From assembly GCA_963767275.1 (NCBI GenBank), contig CAVYDL010000007.1:190420-254419 (forward strand): 64,000 nt of DNA. The letters run 5' to 3'. This DNA comes from an uncultured delta proteobacterium. GTDB lineage: Bacteria; Desulfobacterota; Binatia; UBA9968. This document shows, in pieces, positions 48,528 to 59,000 of the stretch. Under the pieces are notes generated by a model that had not been told where the DNA came from, ran no database searches, and saw only the letters and a program-made list of their open reading frames with translations. Numbering within the stretch: position 1 is the first letter of the stretch; every line of letters begins with the position of its first letter. A program made the translations under genes and the position numbers.

Positions 48528-49572
48528 GATCGCCGCCCAGCGTATCCTGCTGGTCTTGCATGGCTCGATCGGCGATGTGACCCGCGCATTGCCGCTAGCC
48601 GGGTTGCTGCGCGCCGGTTATCCCAAGGCGTTTATTGCCTGGTCGGTAGAACCGGCGGCGGCGCCGCTGCTCGAAGGCAACTCGGCGCTCGACGAAGTGA
48701 TCCTGTTCGAGCGGCGCCGCTGGTGGCAAAGTTTCGGTGCTTTTCTCAAGAGTATTCGCCGCCACAACTTCGATCTGGTGCTCGACTTGCAGCGCCATTT
48801 AAAAAGCGGTGTCATCAGCCGCTTTAGTGGTGCGCCGCACCGCTTGGGTTTCCATCGCAGTGACGCCAAGGAGTTTAATTGGCTGTTCAATAATTTGTTC
48901 ATTGAACCCTGGGGCGACAACATTAGCAAGCTCGATCATTACCTCAAGTTCGCCGAATTTCTTGGCCTAGCGCTGACCCCGCTGCGCTGGGATTTCGCAT
49001 TGACTGAGGCCGAAAGACATGCGGTGGACGGCTGTCTCAAAGACGTTGAATCGCCATTCGCGGTGTTGTTTGTCGGCACTCGCTGGGAGAGCAAAAATTG
49101 GTTCGCCGAGCAAATCGCCGCTTGCGCCAATCTGTTGCAGCGCGACCACCGGCTTGGGGTGGTCTTGCTTGGCGGCGCCAATGACCGGCGGCTAGCGGCG
49201 CAGTCTTTGGCGTTGACCGAGAGGGGAGTCGTCAATTTGACGGGCAGCACCTCGTTACGGCAAGCAATCGGCATCATCGCCAGGGCAAAATTGGCGGTGG
49301 GACCCGACACCGGGCTGATGCATGTCGCCGCGGCGCTGCATGTTCCGGTGATCTCGTTATGGGGAGCAACCGATCCGGCGAGAACCGGACCTTATGGTTT
49401 TGCCCATCTGGAAATCAAAGGAGAGGCCCCTTGCAGTCCCTGCTATCGCAAGCACTGCCAAATTGGCCGGCAGTGCATGCAGTCGATTACCCTTGACAGC
49501 ATAGCGGCAAAATTGGATTTACTTTTGAAAGACGTCAATTCGGAAGCAATAGGCCATGCTGAATGCGGCTGA
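48514..49572 (+). CDS. GT9 heptosyltransferase (WaaC-like)
   Basis: SIGDV, DLVLDLQ..LKS, DTGLMHVAAA. Confidence 0.85.
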   Translation: MALPKIAAQRILLVLHGSIGDVTRALPLAGLLRAGYPKAFIAWSVEPAAAPLLEGNSALDEVILFERRRWWQSFGAFLKSIRRHNFDLVLDLQRHLKSGVISRFSGAPHRLGFHRSDAKEFNWLFNNLFIEPWGDNISKLDHYLKFAEFLGLALTPLRWDFALTEAERHAVDGCLKDVESPFAVLFVGTRWESKNWFAEQIAACANLLQRDHRLGVVLLGGANDRRLAAQSLALTERGVVNLTGSTSLRQAIGIIARAKLAVGPDTGLMHVAAALHVPVISLWGATDPARTGPYGFAHLEIKGEAPCSPCYRKHCQIGRQCMQSITLDSIAAKLDLLLKDVNSEAIGHAECG

Positions 49573-50434
49573 TTACCAAGCCCGGCGCACCGGTAAGTGG
49601 AACTTCTGGACGTTGAGGGATACCGTAGACCCGCAGATGCTAGAGAGTCTCGCCGCCGTCGTTGACCGCCAGCCATATTCTAAACATCCGCAAACTCTGG
49701 CCTTCACTTGGCCGCAGGATACCAACCCGAGTCATTATTTCTTGAAAGTTTTTCATCGCCGCGCCGGCGAGACAAAGGTTAAAGATCTGCTGCGCTCAAC
49801 CAAGGCGCGCCGGTTCTGGCAACAGGGCTTGGCGCTCAATGCCGCCGGATTCACTGTGCCGCTCACCGTTGTGTTTGGTGAAAGACCTCGTTGGGGCTCA
49901 GCTGAGCGCTCCCTCGTGCTGACAGAAAAAATCGATGGTCAGCCAGCGCCAGTTTTCTTGTCCGGCTTGACTTATTCCCGTGATAATTGGGCTCTTGTTA
50001 AAATGAAACGCGACGCTCTGGTGCAACTCGGCCAGCTGGTGAGGCGTTTCCACGACCTGGGGTTCGTGCATGGCGATATGTTAGCGACGAATATATTTAT
50101 CGCGCAGAGGAGTGCGGGTTCGCTGGATTTCTACCTCATGGACAATGACCGCACCCGGCGCTATTCGCCATGGCTGACCGGTAACTTAAGGAAGCGCAAC
50201 TTGGTGCAGCTCAACCGATTGCCGTTGGCGCATATTACGCTGCAAGATCGACTGCGTTTTCAGCACGCTTATCTCGGCGTGCGGAGATTGACGGCGCGCG
50301 ATCGCCGGTTCGCCCGCTGGCTTGAGGCGCGCACCCGCCAGCGCCGTAACGAATGTGATGGCGTAGATCCGAGCGGAAGTTTCCGAAAGCTGATGTGCTT
50401 GGTGCCGGAGACGACCAGTGCCCAAAACGGCTAA
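49556..50434 (+). CDS. LPS kinase (WaaP/InaA/Kdo family)
   Basis: YFLK, HGDMLATNI, MDND, RNLVQL, DRLRF. Confidence 0.82.
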   Translation: MLNAADYQARRTGKWNFWTLRDTVDPQMLESLAAVVDRQPYSKHPQTLAFTWPQDTNPSHYFLKVFHRRAGETKVKDLLRSTKARRFWQQGLALNAAGFTVPLTVVFGERPRWGSAERSLVLTEKIDGQPAPVFLSGLTYSRDNWALVKMKRDALVQLGQLVRRFHDLGFVHGDMLATNIFIAQRSAGSLDFYLMDNDRTRRYSPWLTGNLRKRNLVQLNRLPLAHITLQDRLRFQHAYLGVRRLTARDRRFARWLEARTRQRRNECDGVDPSGSFRKLMCLVPETTSAQNG

Positions 50435-50528
50435 ATATTGTTCCGCCGGGGGCCGAATACGGACTGCCAAGGGAGAATTAGAAAGTAACTTTACACCCCG
50501 CTAACCGCAAGGACTTGAGCAGCTCGAA

Positions 50529-51257
50529 ATGCCTAACAACGCTATTTTTGACGCAGTATCTTCAGCCTGGTCAACGGAGGACCCGGTCGGAAAGAGAATA
50601 TTGGATTTGAGCTGCGGTGGCGGAGATACCGCTGAAATGTTGGCTCGGATGGGCTATAAAGTAACTGCCACGGACTATCCTCCGCCACCGTCGATGACGC
50701 CGGGAATCGAGCGTGTCGCCGGGGTCGACCTCAATGCGTTCTTGCCGTTTCGCACGGCGAGTTTTGACGCGATAGATTTGGTCGAAGTGATAGAGCATAT
50801 CGAAAATCAGCCGCAATTGATTCGCGAACTGGCCAGAGTCCTCAAGCCGGGGGGAGTAGCACTCATCAGCACTCCCAATGTGCTTAATCTAATGTCGCGA
50901 GTGCGGTTTTTGTTTACCGGTTTTTTGCGCGGCCGGGTTCGGCCAGCGCACTATTCGAGGAAACCAGGTCAAGCGCCGAATATTTACTTGTTACATTTCT
51001 ATGAGCTTTATTACCTGCTATTTCATTATGGATTCGAAGTTGCTGGACTTTCCAAAACTCGGGTAAAATTTGCCGCGCGCTTGTTCATGATAATCTTTTG
51101 GCCATTCATGTGGCTTTTTAGTTTCATGACAGTGATACACGCCGAGAAAGACCCACTGCAGCGGCGCTACAATTGGCAAATCCTCTCCTACCTTTTTCAT
51201 CCCGCGCTTTTGTTGTCGGACAATATCGTCGTTAAAGCCAAGAAAACTCACGTTTGA
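50529..51257 (+). CDS. Class I SAM-dependent methyltransferase
   Basis: ILDLSCGGG, EVIEH, RVLKPGG, STPN. Confidence 0.9.
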   Translation: MPNNAIFDAVSSAWSTEDPVGKRILDLSCGGGDTAEMLARMGYKVTATDYPPPPSMTPGIERVAGVDLNAFLPFRTASFDAIDLVEVIEHIENQPQLIRELARVLKPGGVALISTPNVLNLMSRVRFLFTGFLRGRVRPAHYSRKPGQAPNIYLLHFYELYYLLFHYGFEVAGLSKTRVKFAARLFMIIFWPFMWLFSFMTVIHAEKDPLQRRYNWQILSYLFHPALLLSDNIVVKAKKTHV

Positions 51258-52408
51258 AAATTGCCCTAGTTCATAAACGGCTTGATCTCAAGGGCGGCAC
51301 CGAACGGGATCTCTATCAAACCGCGGAAGGCTTGCGCGATCGCGGCCATCAAGTGCATTTGTTCTGCAGCGAGTATGGAGTGCCGACGCCGCGTGGGACG
51401 ATCGGTCATACCATCCCGGTGGTTCGATTGGGACGCACGTTGCGATTGTGGAGCTTCGCCCTGGCAGCTCCGCGTATTATCAAGAATCAGCGATGCGATG
51501 TCGTGGTCAGCTTTGGCCGTCTTCTCTCCCAGGATATCTTACGCAGTGGCGGCGGCACGCATCGCGGCTTTCTATTGCGAATGGGGCAACAACGGGGGGC
51601 ATGGCGGCGGCTGCGCCAACGCCTGAGTCCGTATCACCAGAGTCTGTTACGGATAGAGAGAAAACAGTTTTCCGACGGGCATTTCAAGAAGGTGATCGCA
51701 GTGTCCGATGAGGTCAAGTGCGACATTGAGAGACATTACCGGGTCGAGAACGACAAGATTGAGGTTCTTTACAATGGCGTCGACGCGCAGCGCTTTCATC
51801 CGGCTCGGCGCACGCAGGTCCGCGAAATCCAGCGCGCGCGCTGGAAAGTTCCCAACCAGTCGCCACTCGTCTTGTTTGTCGGCAGCGGATTTGCGCGCAA
51901 GGGCTTGGACCGTCTGATCGCAATTTGGAATCGTCCGCCATTGACCCACGTCTACTTAATGGTTGCCGGGGACGATGGGCGCATGGGCCATTACCAAAAT
52001 TGGGCGAAGTCGGTCGCTGGAGAGCGCATTCTCTTTGTCGGCCGGCAGGATGACATTGAGACCTATTACGCCATGGCGGATCTGGTTGCCCTGCCGGCAT
52101 TGCAGGAGGCGTTCGGCAATGTCGTGCTTGAATCACTGGCTTCCGGTGTGCCGGTAGTGGTCAGCCAGGAAGTGGGCGCCGGCGCCGTATTGACCGGCTG
52201 CTTGAGACAAGGAGTCGTCGAAGATGCCGGGGATTCCACACAACTCGAAGCTCGGCTTTGCAACATGCTCGAACACTGTGCGAAGCCGGAGTTTCGCGAT
52301 GCGGCGCGCCAGCTCGGTGAACAGTACTCGTGGAATAGCCATTTCCACCGGCTTGAAGCCGTACTCAACGAAGTTTGTCATGGGCCGCCCGCCAGCCGTG
52401 TATCCTAA
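51254..52408 (+). CDS. GT4 glycosyltransferase (WaaG-like)
   Basis: GGTER, NGVD, GSGFARKG, EAFGNVVLE. Confidence 0.9.
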   Translation: MKIALVHKRLDLKGGTERDLYQTAEGLRDRGHQVHLFCSEYGVPTPRGTIGHTIPVVRLGRTLRLWSFALAAPRIIKNQRCDVVVSFGRLLSQDILRSGGGTHRGFLLRMGQQRGAWRRLRQRLSPYHQSLLRIERKQFSDGHFKKVIAVSDEVKCDIERHYRVENDKIEVLYNGVDAQRFHPARRTQVREIQRARWKVPNQSPLVLFVGSGFARKGLDRLIAIWNRPPLTHVYLMVAGDDGRMGHYQNWAKSVAGERILFVGRQDDIETYYAMADLVALPALQEAFGNVVLESLASGVPVVVSQEVGAGAVLTGCLRQGVVEDAGDSTQLEARLCNMLEHCAKPEFRDAARQLGEQYSWNSHFHRLEAVLNEVCHGPPASRVS

Positions 52409-53264
52409 TTTTATTTTACATCGCTCCGGGAGATGTCGGATATGGCTCGATGCTAATCATGCCCATCCCGCGGTGCTGGCGCTGTTAAAAAAACCCGATG
52501 AGCTTTTCGATCTTCCCGGCTGCGAAGTTATCAAGGATCAACGCAAGATCAAGGTGGCGAGAGTGGCGCTCGAGCTTGGCGGCGCGCGGCGGCGCATTTA
52601 TATCAAACGCTACAATACCTTTTCGCTGCGTCATCGCTTAGGATCGATATTTAGCCCTTCGGGAGGGATAAGATCACTACGCGGTGCCGCTATTTTGACC
52701 CGTAACGGTATCGCAACGGCAAAACCGATCGCCGCCGTCGAAGAACGGATATGGGGCGCGGTCACCTGGAGTTTTTTTCTTTCCGAGGAGATTCAAGCAG
52801 GCGTGACCGTGGATTCCCTATGGCGAGAAATCCTGAGTTCTCGGCCGACTCCTGAGGGGGCTAGGAGTCGGCGTGCGTTTCTGACGGCCCTGGGCACGCT
52901 GTTTCACGCACTCCACAGCCAGGGCGTCTACCATAACGATCTGAAGGACGCTAACATTCTCGCGGCACCGATAACCGATAGCGAGAGGACTGCCTTGTTT
53001 TTGCTCGATTTAGAGGGTGTGCGTCAATATCGCTCCCTGTCGGAAAGCCGAAGAATCAAGAATTTGGTTCAACTGAATCGTACGCTCGGCAGATATCTGC
53101 GCAACGTTCAGAAATTGCGGGTACTGCAAGCCTATTTAAATCGAGAATCGGCTAGCCGGCAGTTACGGCGTCGGATCATCGAGCGGGTGGTCCGAGAGTC
53201 GAAGCGCCTGGACGCCGTCAAGTTGCGACACGGGGTTGGCAGCCCTGCTTTAATACGCAATTAG
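52380..53264 (+). CDS. LPS kinase (WaaP/InaA/Kdo family)
   Basis: IYIKRY, HNDLKDANIL, LLDLEG, KNLVQL. Confidence 0.82.
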   Translation: MGRPPAVYPNFILHRSGRCRIWLDANHAHPAVLALLKKPDELFDLPGCEVIKDQRKIKVARVALELGGARRRIYIKRYNTFSLRHRLGSIFSPSGGIRSLRGAAILTRNGIATAKPIAAVEERIWGAVTWSFFLSEEIQAGVTVDSLWREILSSRPTPEGARSRRAFLTALGTLFHALHSQGVYHNDLKDANILAAPITDSERTALFLLDLEGVRQYRSLSESRRIKNLVQLNRTLGRYLRNVQKLRVLQAYLNRESASRQLRRRIIERVVRESKRLDAVKLRHGVGSPALIRN

Positions 53265-53278
53265 ATATCTGAAACGCC

Positions 53279-53842
53279 ATGGCAGTTGCTCTGAACCAGC
53301 CGAAGGTGATCGTCGTCATGCCGGCGTACAATGCGGCCAAGACTCTGCGCATAACCTACGACGCCATTCCCAAGGATGACGTGTATCAGGTGATTCTTGT
53401 CGACGATGGTAGCCGGGACGAGACGTTAAAAATCGCCAAAGAGCTCAATTTGGAAGTGTTCGTTCACACCCGTAACTTCGGCTATGGAGGCAACCAGAAA
53501 ACCTGCTATACCGAAGTAATTGTGTTCGAGTACCCAACATCGCGTCATTTAGCGATTCGGCTAGCGGTCCTTTGCGGCCGGTTTGACTACACGGATCGGG
53601 GTATTTTAGATCGCACTCATTTGCGCTTTTTTACCCGTAAGACTTGCCTTCAACTGCTATGCGATAGTGGCTTTACGGTTGACGCCATTGTCCCGACCCC
53701 CGTTCCATTGCAATTAGTTTTTCCGGCCACCGGTACTCAATGGTTCACGCCGTTTCATCTGCTGCACTATGGTTTTGTCCGTCGATTGCAAGGACTGCTT
53801 GCCTTTCAGTTTGTTGTTCGGGCAAAACCTCGTTCAGAGTAA
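53279..53842 (+). pseudogene. Chimera: GT2 N-terminus joined to a methyltransferase C-terminus (deletion or misassembly near 53515)
   Basis: VMPAYNA..VDDGS..GYGGNQKTCYTE switches abruptly to ..IRL..GRFDY..RGILDRTHLRFFT. Confidence 0.7.
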
Positions 53843-53845
53843 ATC

Positions 53846-54757
53846 ATGTCGCAAGCTCCGGCAGTTTCGATCGTCATCGCAACGTACAATCGCGCGCCTC
53901 TTCTGGCGCAGACTATCGACAGCGTGCTGCGCCAAAAATTTCAAGATTTTGAACTGATCGTGGTGGATGACGGCTCCCAGGACGATACCCAGGATATCGT
54001 GCGGGCATATGGCTCTAAGGTTCAATACATTTATCAGGACAATCATGGCCCGTCGGCGGCACGAAATTTGGGTGTGCGCCAGGCCAAGGCAGAATGGATT
54101 TCAATCCAAGACTCTGACGACTTGAGTTTGCCGAACCATCTTGAAACTTTATCGGGGTATGTCAGGAGCTTTCCAGAGATCGCCATGGTGTTCGCCAATG
54201 GCGCCTATTTAGATGGTCCGGTGCACAACCGAAAAAATATTATTCCGGCAGCGAAATCGCGCCGGCTGGCTCAGGCTGGGGTTGGCCTTGAAGATCTGTT
54301 CGACAAGAGCATTGTCCGATTGCAGGCCGGACTGATCGCGAAAAAATGTTATGAGGCAATCGGCGGCCACGATGAAAGCCTTCGGATTTCCATGGATCTC
54401 GATTTGTCCTTTCGCTTGTGGGCGCGCTATCCGATGGCCTACATTGACGAGGTGGTATTTTCCTATCGCAAGCATGCCGGCAACATCAGTGCGGATCAGG
54501 AACAGCGGCTTTTGGAGAATATCCGCGTGATTGAAAAGTTGCTTCACGATTATCCCAAGGCCGAGCAACTCCTTGGCAAGCGGCGTATTGATAAACGTTT
54601 GGCTTATCGCTACTACCGCTTAGCAAAGACGCGATTGAAAAATGGGAAAGGGCCGGAAGCGCGCGCGGCACTCAATGCCGCGGTTCGTTTGTCGCCATTC
54701 AATCCAAAATATCGCGTATATCAATTGCAATGGCTTACATCGATGGCGCACGATTGA
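53846..54757 (+). CDS. GT2 glycosyltransferase
   Basis: SIVIATYNR, VDDGS, ARNLG, DSDD. Confidence 0.92.
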   Translation: MSQAPAVSIVIATYNRAPLLAQTIDSVLRQKFQDFELIVVDDGSQDDTQDIVRAYGSKVQYIYQDNHGPSAARNLGVRQAKAEWISIQDSDDLSLPNHLETLSGYVRSFPEIAMVFANGAYLDGPVHNRKNIIPAAKSRRLAQAGVGLEDLFDKSIVRLQAGLIAKKCYEAIGGHDESLRISMDLDLSFRLWARYPMAYIDEVVFSYRKHAGNISADQEQRLLENIRVIEKLLHDYPKAEQLLGKRRIDKRLAYRYYRLAKTRLKNGKGPEARAALNAAVRLSPFNPKYRVYQLQWLTSMAHD

Positions 54758-54760
54758 ATT

Positions 54761-55649
54761 ATGGATTTCAGCATCATCATTGCGAGTTTTGATCGACCGG
54801 AGTCATTAGATCGGCTTTTGACCGGATTGGCTGAACATTTTGTCAAATCATCGTTAGACTTCGAAGTATTGCTTGCAAACAATGCCAGAGGCGACGACAC
54901 AAGCCGCCAACTCGATGCTGTGATCGAAAAATTTAAGTCCATCCTGCCAGAGCGTGTTCGCCGTATTCGCGAACCTAACCCTGGCAAGTGCCGGGCGCAG
55001 AATCGTGCGATTGCCGAGGCCAAGGGTGCGATCCTGGTATTTTTCGATGACGACATTCAGTTGACGCCGGAATGGCTGCCGGTTACCGCGAAGTTCTTTC
55101 GGGACAAACCGTACTACCAGGCGATGCAGGGGCCGATTCTTGTGCCCCATGAATTTCGCGATAATAAAGAATTTTTGCGCGCGCAGCAGCGTTACCGAAC
55201 CATCAATTTCGTCGAGTACCGTGCAAGCATGACCGATATTCGGACGCTCACCGGTGCAAATATGGCGATCCGCCGGGAAGTGTTTGACAGGGTCGGGTTA
55301 TTTAATGAAGCCCTCGGCCCGGGTTGTTCCGGAATTTCCGGAAGATGTTGAGTATGCCCAACGCATCATAGACAACGGCATGCGAATCGGTTACGAACCC
55401 GCGGCCGCAGTATTTCATGATGTCGACTGGGGGCGACTTTCCGAGCAGTTTTTTCGGCAGCGCCACGAACAGCAAGGACGGAGCCGGTTGATTTACAAAA
55501 AGCAGTTCCTTGCGTCGATCGTTACTAACCTCATACGTTCGGTCTGGGCGTTAGGCTGGTATTCGCTGATTGGCAACGAGCGTAAGAAATACCGGGCTAA
55601 AGGGCGTTTCTTTCATTATCGTGCCATGGCGATCGAAAAGCTAAAATAG
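54761..55649 (+). CDS. GT2 glycosyltransferase (frameshift near 55340)
   Basis: SIIIA, FFDDD, GANMAIRR, then the EDVE motif in the next frame. Confidence 0.85.
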
Positions 55650-55827
55650 CCTGCTGATTCCGTGCGCGTTATGGTTCTTCCGTTCTTTCCATGACGGATC
55701 ATGCGGTCGGTTGTTGGCGCGGCTTCTACTTGTGTGGAATGGGGGCCAGGCGGTCGGCTGATCTTTATAGCTATTGGGATATCGTGCCGGCCGGACCGAA
55801 CCGAACCTGGGGGAATCATATTTGCGG

Positions 55828-56550
55828 ATGCGCACTGATCACACGGGTAAAAAGCCATACGTGGCGCTGGCAAGCAAGACGAGGTTGCACAAGTACGGTA
55901 TTGAAAGATTTTTGCTTGCCGCGGCCGATACATTGACACCGGGTGGCATGTTGCTCGATGCCGGCGCGGGAAACTGTAAGCATAAACAATTTTTCCCCAA
56001 ACTCAGAGTTGTGGCTCTCGATTTTGTCCAAACTCGAATACGCCGATACGGCGACCTTGATCTTTCCGGCGACTTACATGCGATTCCGTGTAAGACCGCA
56101 TCCTTCGATGCCGTAGTTAACGTCGAAGTGCTTGAACACTTGCAGGAACCGGAGGCGGCCCTGAGGGAGATGTTTCGCGTCTTAAAACCGGGCGGGCGGC
56201 TTTATTTGATCGCTCCGCAAGGATGGGAAGAGCATTGCGTGCCACGAGATTTTTACCGCTTTACGCAATTTGGCCTTCGCTATATGTTGGAAAAGGTCGG
56301 CTTTCGTGACAATACGATTGTCCCCCTGGGTGGTTACTTTTGGTACATTGGCCATCGGTTACCGGTCGCCTACCGTTATTTTTTTCCTGGTGATAGAAAA
56401 AGAATTTGGAAAATCCTCGACGCGCCGATTCGCCATCCGGCGCGGTTTGTTTTGAGAACTTTGGTTCCATACGTTTGTTATTATCTGGACGGCTTGGATA
56501 AGCGCAAGTCCTATACTCTGAACTATGGCTGTATATGTGAAAAGCCGTAA
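55828..56550 (+). CDS. Class I SAM-dependent methyltransferase
   Basis: LLDAGAG, EVLEH, RVLKPGG, H..P.DFYRFT; start uncertain. Confidence 0.88.
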   Translation: MRTDHTGKKPYVALASKTRLHKYGIERFLLAAADTLTPGGMLLDAGAGNCKHKQFFPKLRVVALDFVQTRIRRYGDLDLSGDLHAIPCKTASFDAVVNVEVLEHLQEPEAALREMFRVLKPGGRLYLIAPQGWEEHCVPRDFYRFTQFGLRYMLEKVGFRDNTIVPLGGYFWYIGHRLPVAYRYFFPGDRKRIWKILDAPIRHPARFVLRTLVPYVCYYLDGLDKRKSYTLNYGCICEKP

Positions 56551-56603
56551 AAGATCTTCAACGCCGAAATTATAGCGGCTGGAATTATCTTGAAGGATTG
56601 AGC

Positions 56604-57314
56604 ATGGAACCGACCCCTTTGCTTTTGCTGGGTGCGCCGAGGTCGGGCACGACACTCCTGGCGACGATGATTAGCCGCCACAGCGAGATCGCCATCATCA
56701 ACGAAGACCGCGGCTGGGCGATGAGACGTATTCTGGGTAAGGCTGTGGTCGGCAACAAACGCTGCGTGCCCAATCAAATCGAGCTAAGAAAACGCGGTTT
56801 GTTACACTTTCGTTTCTTAAAATCGTTGGGTCTTGCGATGGAATATCAAAGCTCTCAATACAGTATTGAAGACTACCTTGGATTGCCCAACGTCAGAGTC
56901 ATCGGCTTGATTCGCAGCGGCAATGATGTCGTTTCGTCGATCATGAATCGGAGCGAGAAAACATTTCGCGTTGCGTCGTACCGCTGGTGCCGCGCGGTTG
57001 AAGTTTTGTACGAGATTCATCGCCAGGTTCCCGAATCGTTGGCGATCGTCTCGTTTGAGTCCCTGGTCACCCAGCCGATCGAAAATATGCAAAAGATCGC
57101 AGCTTTTTTACGCGTCGAATATCAAGACCGGATGTTGGAGGGGCCACAATACAATCCTTGGTATCCTGAAGCAGGGATGAATGCAGAAAAAGTCAATCGC
57201 TCCGAGAACGAGCGCATAGACTACAAACTCGCCGAAAAATTTCCTGACGTGTACCGCAAATACCAAGAGATGCTGGCTTTGTCGTGTATCGGCGCGGGGC
57301 AGTCAGTAAGCTGA
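56604..57314 (+). CDS. PAPS-dependent sulfotransferase
   Basis: LGAPRSGTTLL 5'-PSB loop, IR...DVVSS, FESLVTQP. Confidence 0.85.
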   Translation: MEPTPLLLLGAPRSGTTLLATMISRHSEIAIINEDRGWAMRRILGKAVVGNKRCVPNQIELRKRGLLHFRFLKSLGLAMEYQSSQYSIEDYLGLPNVRVIGLIRSGNDVVSSIMNRSEKTFRVASYRWCRAVEVLYEIHRQVPESLAIVSFESLVTQPIENMQKIAAFLRVEYQDRMLEGPQYNPWYPEAGMNAEKVNRSENERIDYKLAEKFPDVYRKYQEMLALSCIGAGQSVS

Positions 57315-57388
57315 TTTTGGCGGCGACAACCGTCTAGTTATCTGCAAAAACCCAATCCTTCATTTGCACCTTGGATATGGAGTCTTCT

Positions 57389-58138
57389 CTATCCAGTGGC
57401 ATTCATTGACAAATGGCAGAGCAGCACTAGGATCGGCAGCCAAGCTTGACGGGTCAACTTTTGTAATAACGGACGGCCCAGCGATTTGGACTTGGGCAGG
57501 TGACTTTTACGGGCCGCGATATAAAGTCCGCGCGCAGCCAAGGACAATTGCTTTTGTATTCTCAACCCGATCGTCGCCCCGGTGACCTTGCGTACGGCCG
57601 TGATGTTGTCTACGATGGTGATTTCTTGGAAACGATCCGACCGAAAAACCTTTTCCCACAGCACGCGCTTAGGTCCATTTTTTCTAATCGTATCGTGCAT
57701 GGCCAAGATTCCGCCTTCGACTAAATGCGGCTCCCACAACGAAAAGTCGAGCTTGGTCGGTTCGTAGCGATGGTCGCCGTCGATCCAAAGTAGGCGAATC
57801 GGCTTATCCCAATGTTGCGCCGCCGCTTCCGAGGTCATAACCATTGGGACAATCTGATTCTCGACCCCGGCCTGTTTTATATTCGCCAAAAAATCCGCTT
57901 CGGTGTCTTCCAAGTAGCCTTCTTCCGGCATAATCCGATGGGGATCGATGGCGTAAATCTTTTCTGCGTTGACTTTTGCGGCGCCGAGCGCGAGGGCAAT
58001 GGTGGACTTGCCTTTCCAGCTGCCGATTTCGACGATGACACCTTTTTGCTCGTTGAATTGACCTAGTCGATACAGGCAATCGACCTCGTGCGTCGTCAGC
58101 ATGCCGGGCAGTTGGTAAACACTCTCCAGATTTTTCAC
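57389..58138 (-). CDS. Class I SAM-dependent methyltransferase (Methyltransf_24-like)
   Basis: VEIGSWKGKST, AIDPH, IDGDHRYE, GGILAMHD; GTG start inferred. Confidence 0.88.
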   Translation of the reverse strand: MKNLESVYQLPGMLTTHEVDCLYRLGQFNEQKGVIVEIGSWKGKSTIALALGAAKVNAEKIYAIDPHRIMPEEGYLEDTEADFLANIKQAGVENQIVPMVMTSEAAAQHWDKPIRLLWIDGDHRYEPTKLDFSLWEPHLVEGGILAMHDTIRKNGPKRVLWEKVFRSDRFQEITIVDNITAVRKVTGATIGLRIQKQLSLAARGLYIAARKSHLPKSKSLGRPLLQKLTRQAWLPILVLLCHLSMNATG

Positions 58139-58211
58139 GGCGATACTCCTGCGCCACTTATAGCAAACCCGCCTGTCATAATGAAGAGAATTTGACGCAA
58201 GCTTTAGTCGC

Positions 58212-59000
58212 ATGGCCCGACCTTCATTTACCATTTCGGCAATTGTGGTTTGTTTTAACGAAGAAGAACGCATCGAGGATTGTCTAAAGAGTCTCGTTTG
58301 GTGCGATGAGATCGTCGTTGTCGATGCCTTCAGCAGCGATCGTACGCCGGAGATTTGTCAGCGCTACACCCAACGATTTGTCCAGCGCGCATGGGCCGGC
58401 TACAGAGATCAAAAGGCCTACGCTCATTCCTTGGCGGCCATGGATTGGGTGTTACTGGTTGACTCCGATGAACGGGTGACCGACGCATTGAGAAACGAGA
58501 TTGTCGAGAGTCTGACCCAGGACTCGGGCCTTTACGCAGGTTACGCAATTCCCCGTTTGGTGCGTTATCTTAATCGCTGGTGGTGGCGCGGCGGCTGGTA
58601 CCCGGATTATGACGTGCGCTTGTTCCGGCGCGACCGGGCGACCTGGGGTGGGGTCGATCCCCATGAGAAAATACTTGTCGATGGCAAGGTGCGCCGGTTG
58701 CACCAGCCGTTGCATCACTTCTCTTATCGAAGCATCGACGACCATATTCAACGAATCAATCGTTTTACCTCGATCTCGGCGGCAGAGCTCCGAAAATCCG
58801 GCGGCCGGTGGCGGCTGAGCGATGCTTTGCTGCGGCCGGCGGTGCGGTTTTTTCGCTCGTACATTCTAAAGCGCGGGTTCATGGATGGGTTCGCCGGCTT
58901 CCATGTGGCGCTGACTGCGGCGGTTTACGTATTCTTGAAGTATGCTAAATTGTGGGAACTTGAAATCAAGGAGAAACGTGACGACGAGCGGCGCCCGTGA
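58212..59000 (+). CDS. GT2 glycosyltransferase (KdtX/WaaE-like)
   Basis: NEEERIEDCL, DSDE, GGWYPD..RLF, KYAK. Confidence 0.9.
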   Translation: MARPSFTISAIVVCFNEEERIEDCLKSLVWCDEIVVVDAFSSDRTPEICQRYTQRFVQRAWAGYRDQKAYAHSLAAMDWVLLVDSDERVTDALRNEIVESLTQDSGLYAGYAIPRLVRYLNRWWWRGGWYPDYDVRLFRRDRATWGGVDPHEKILVDGKVRRLHQPLHHFSYRSIDDHIQRINRFTSISAAELRKSGGRWRLSDALLRPAVRFFRSYILKRGFMDGFAGFHVALTAAVYVFLKYAKLWELEIKEKRDDERRP

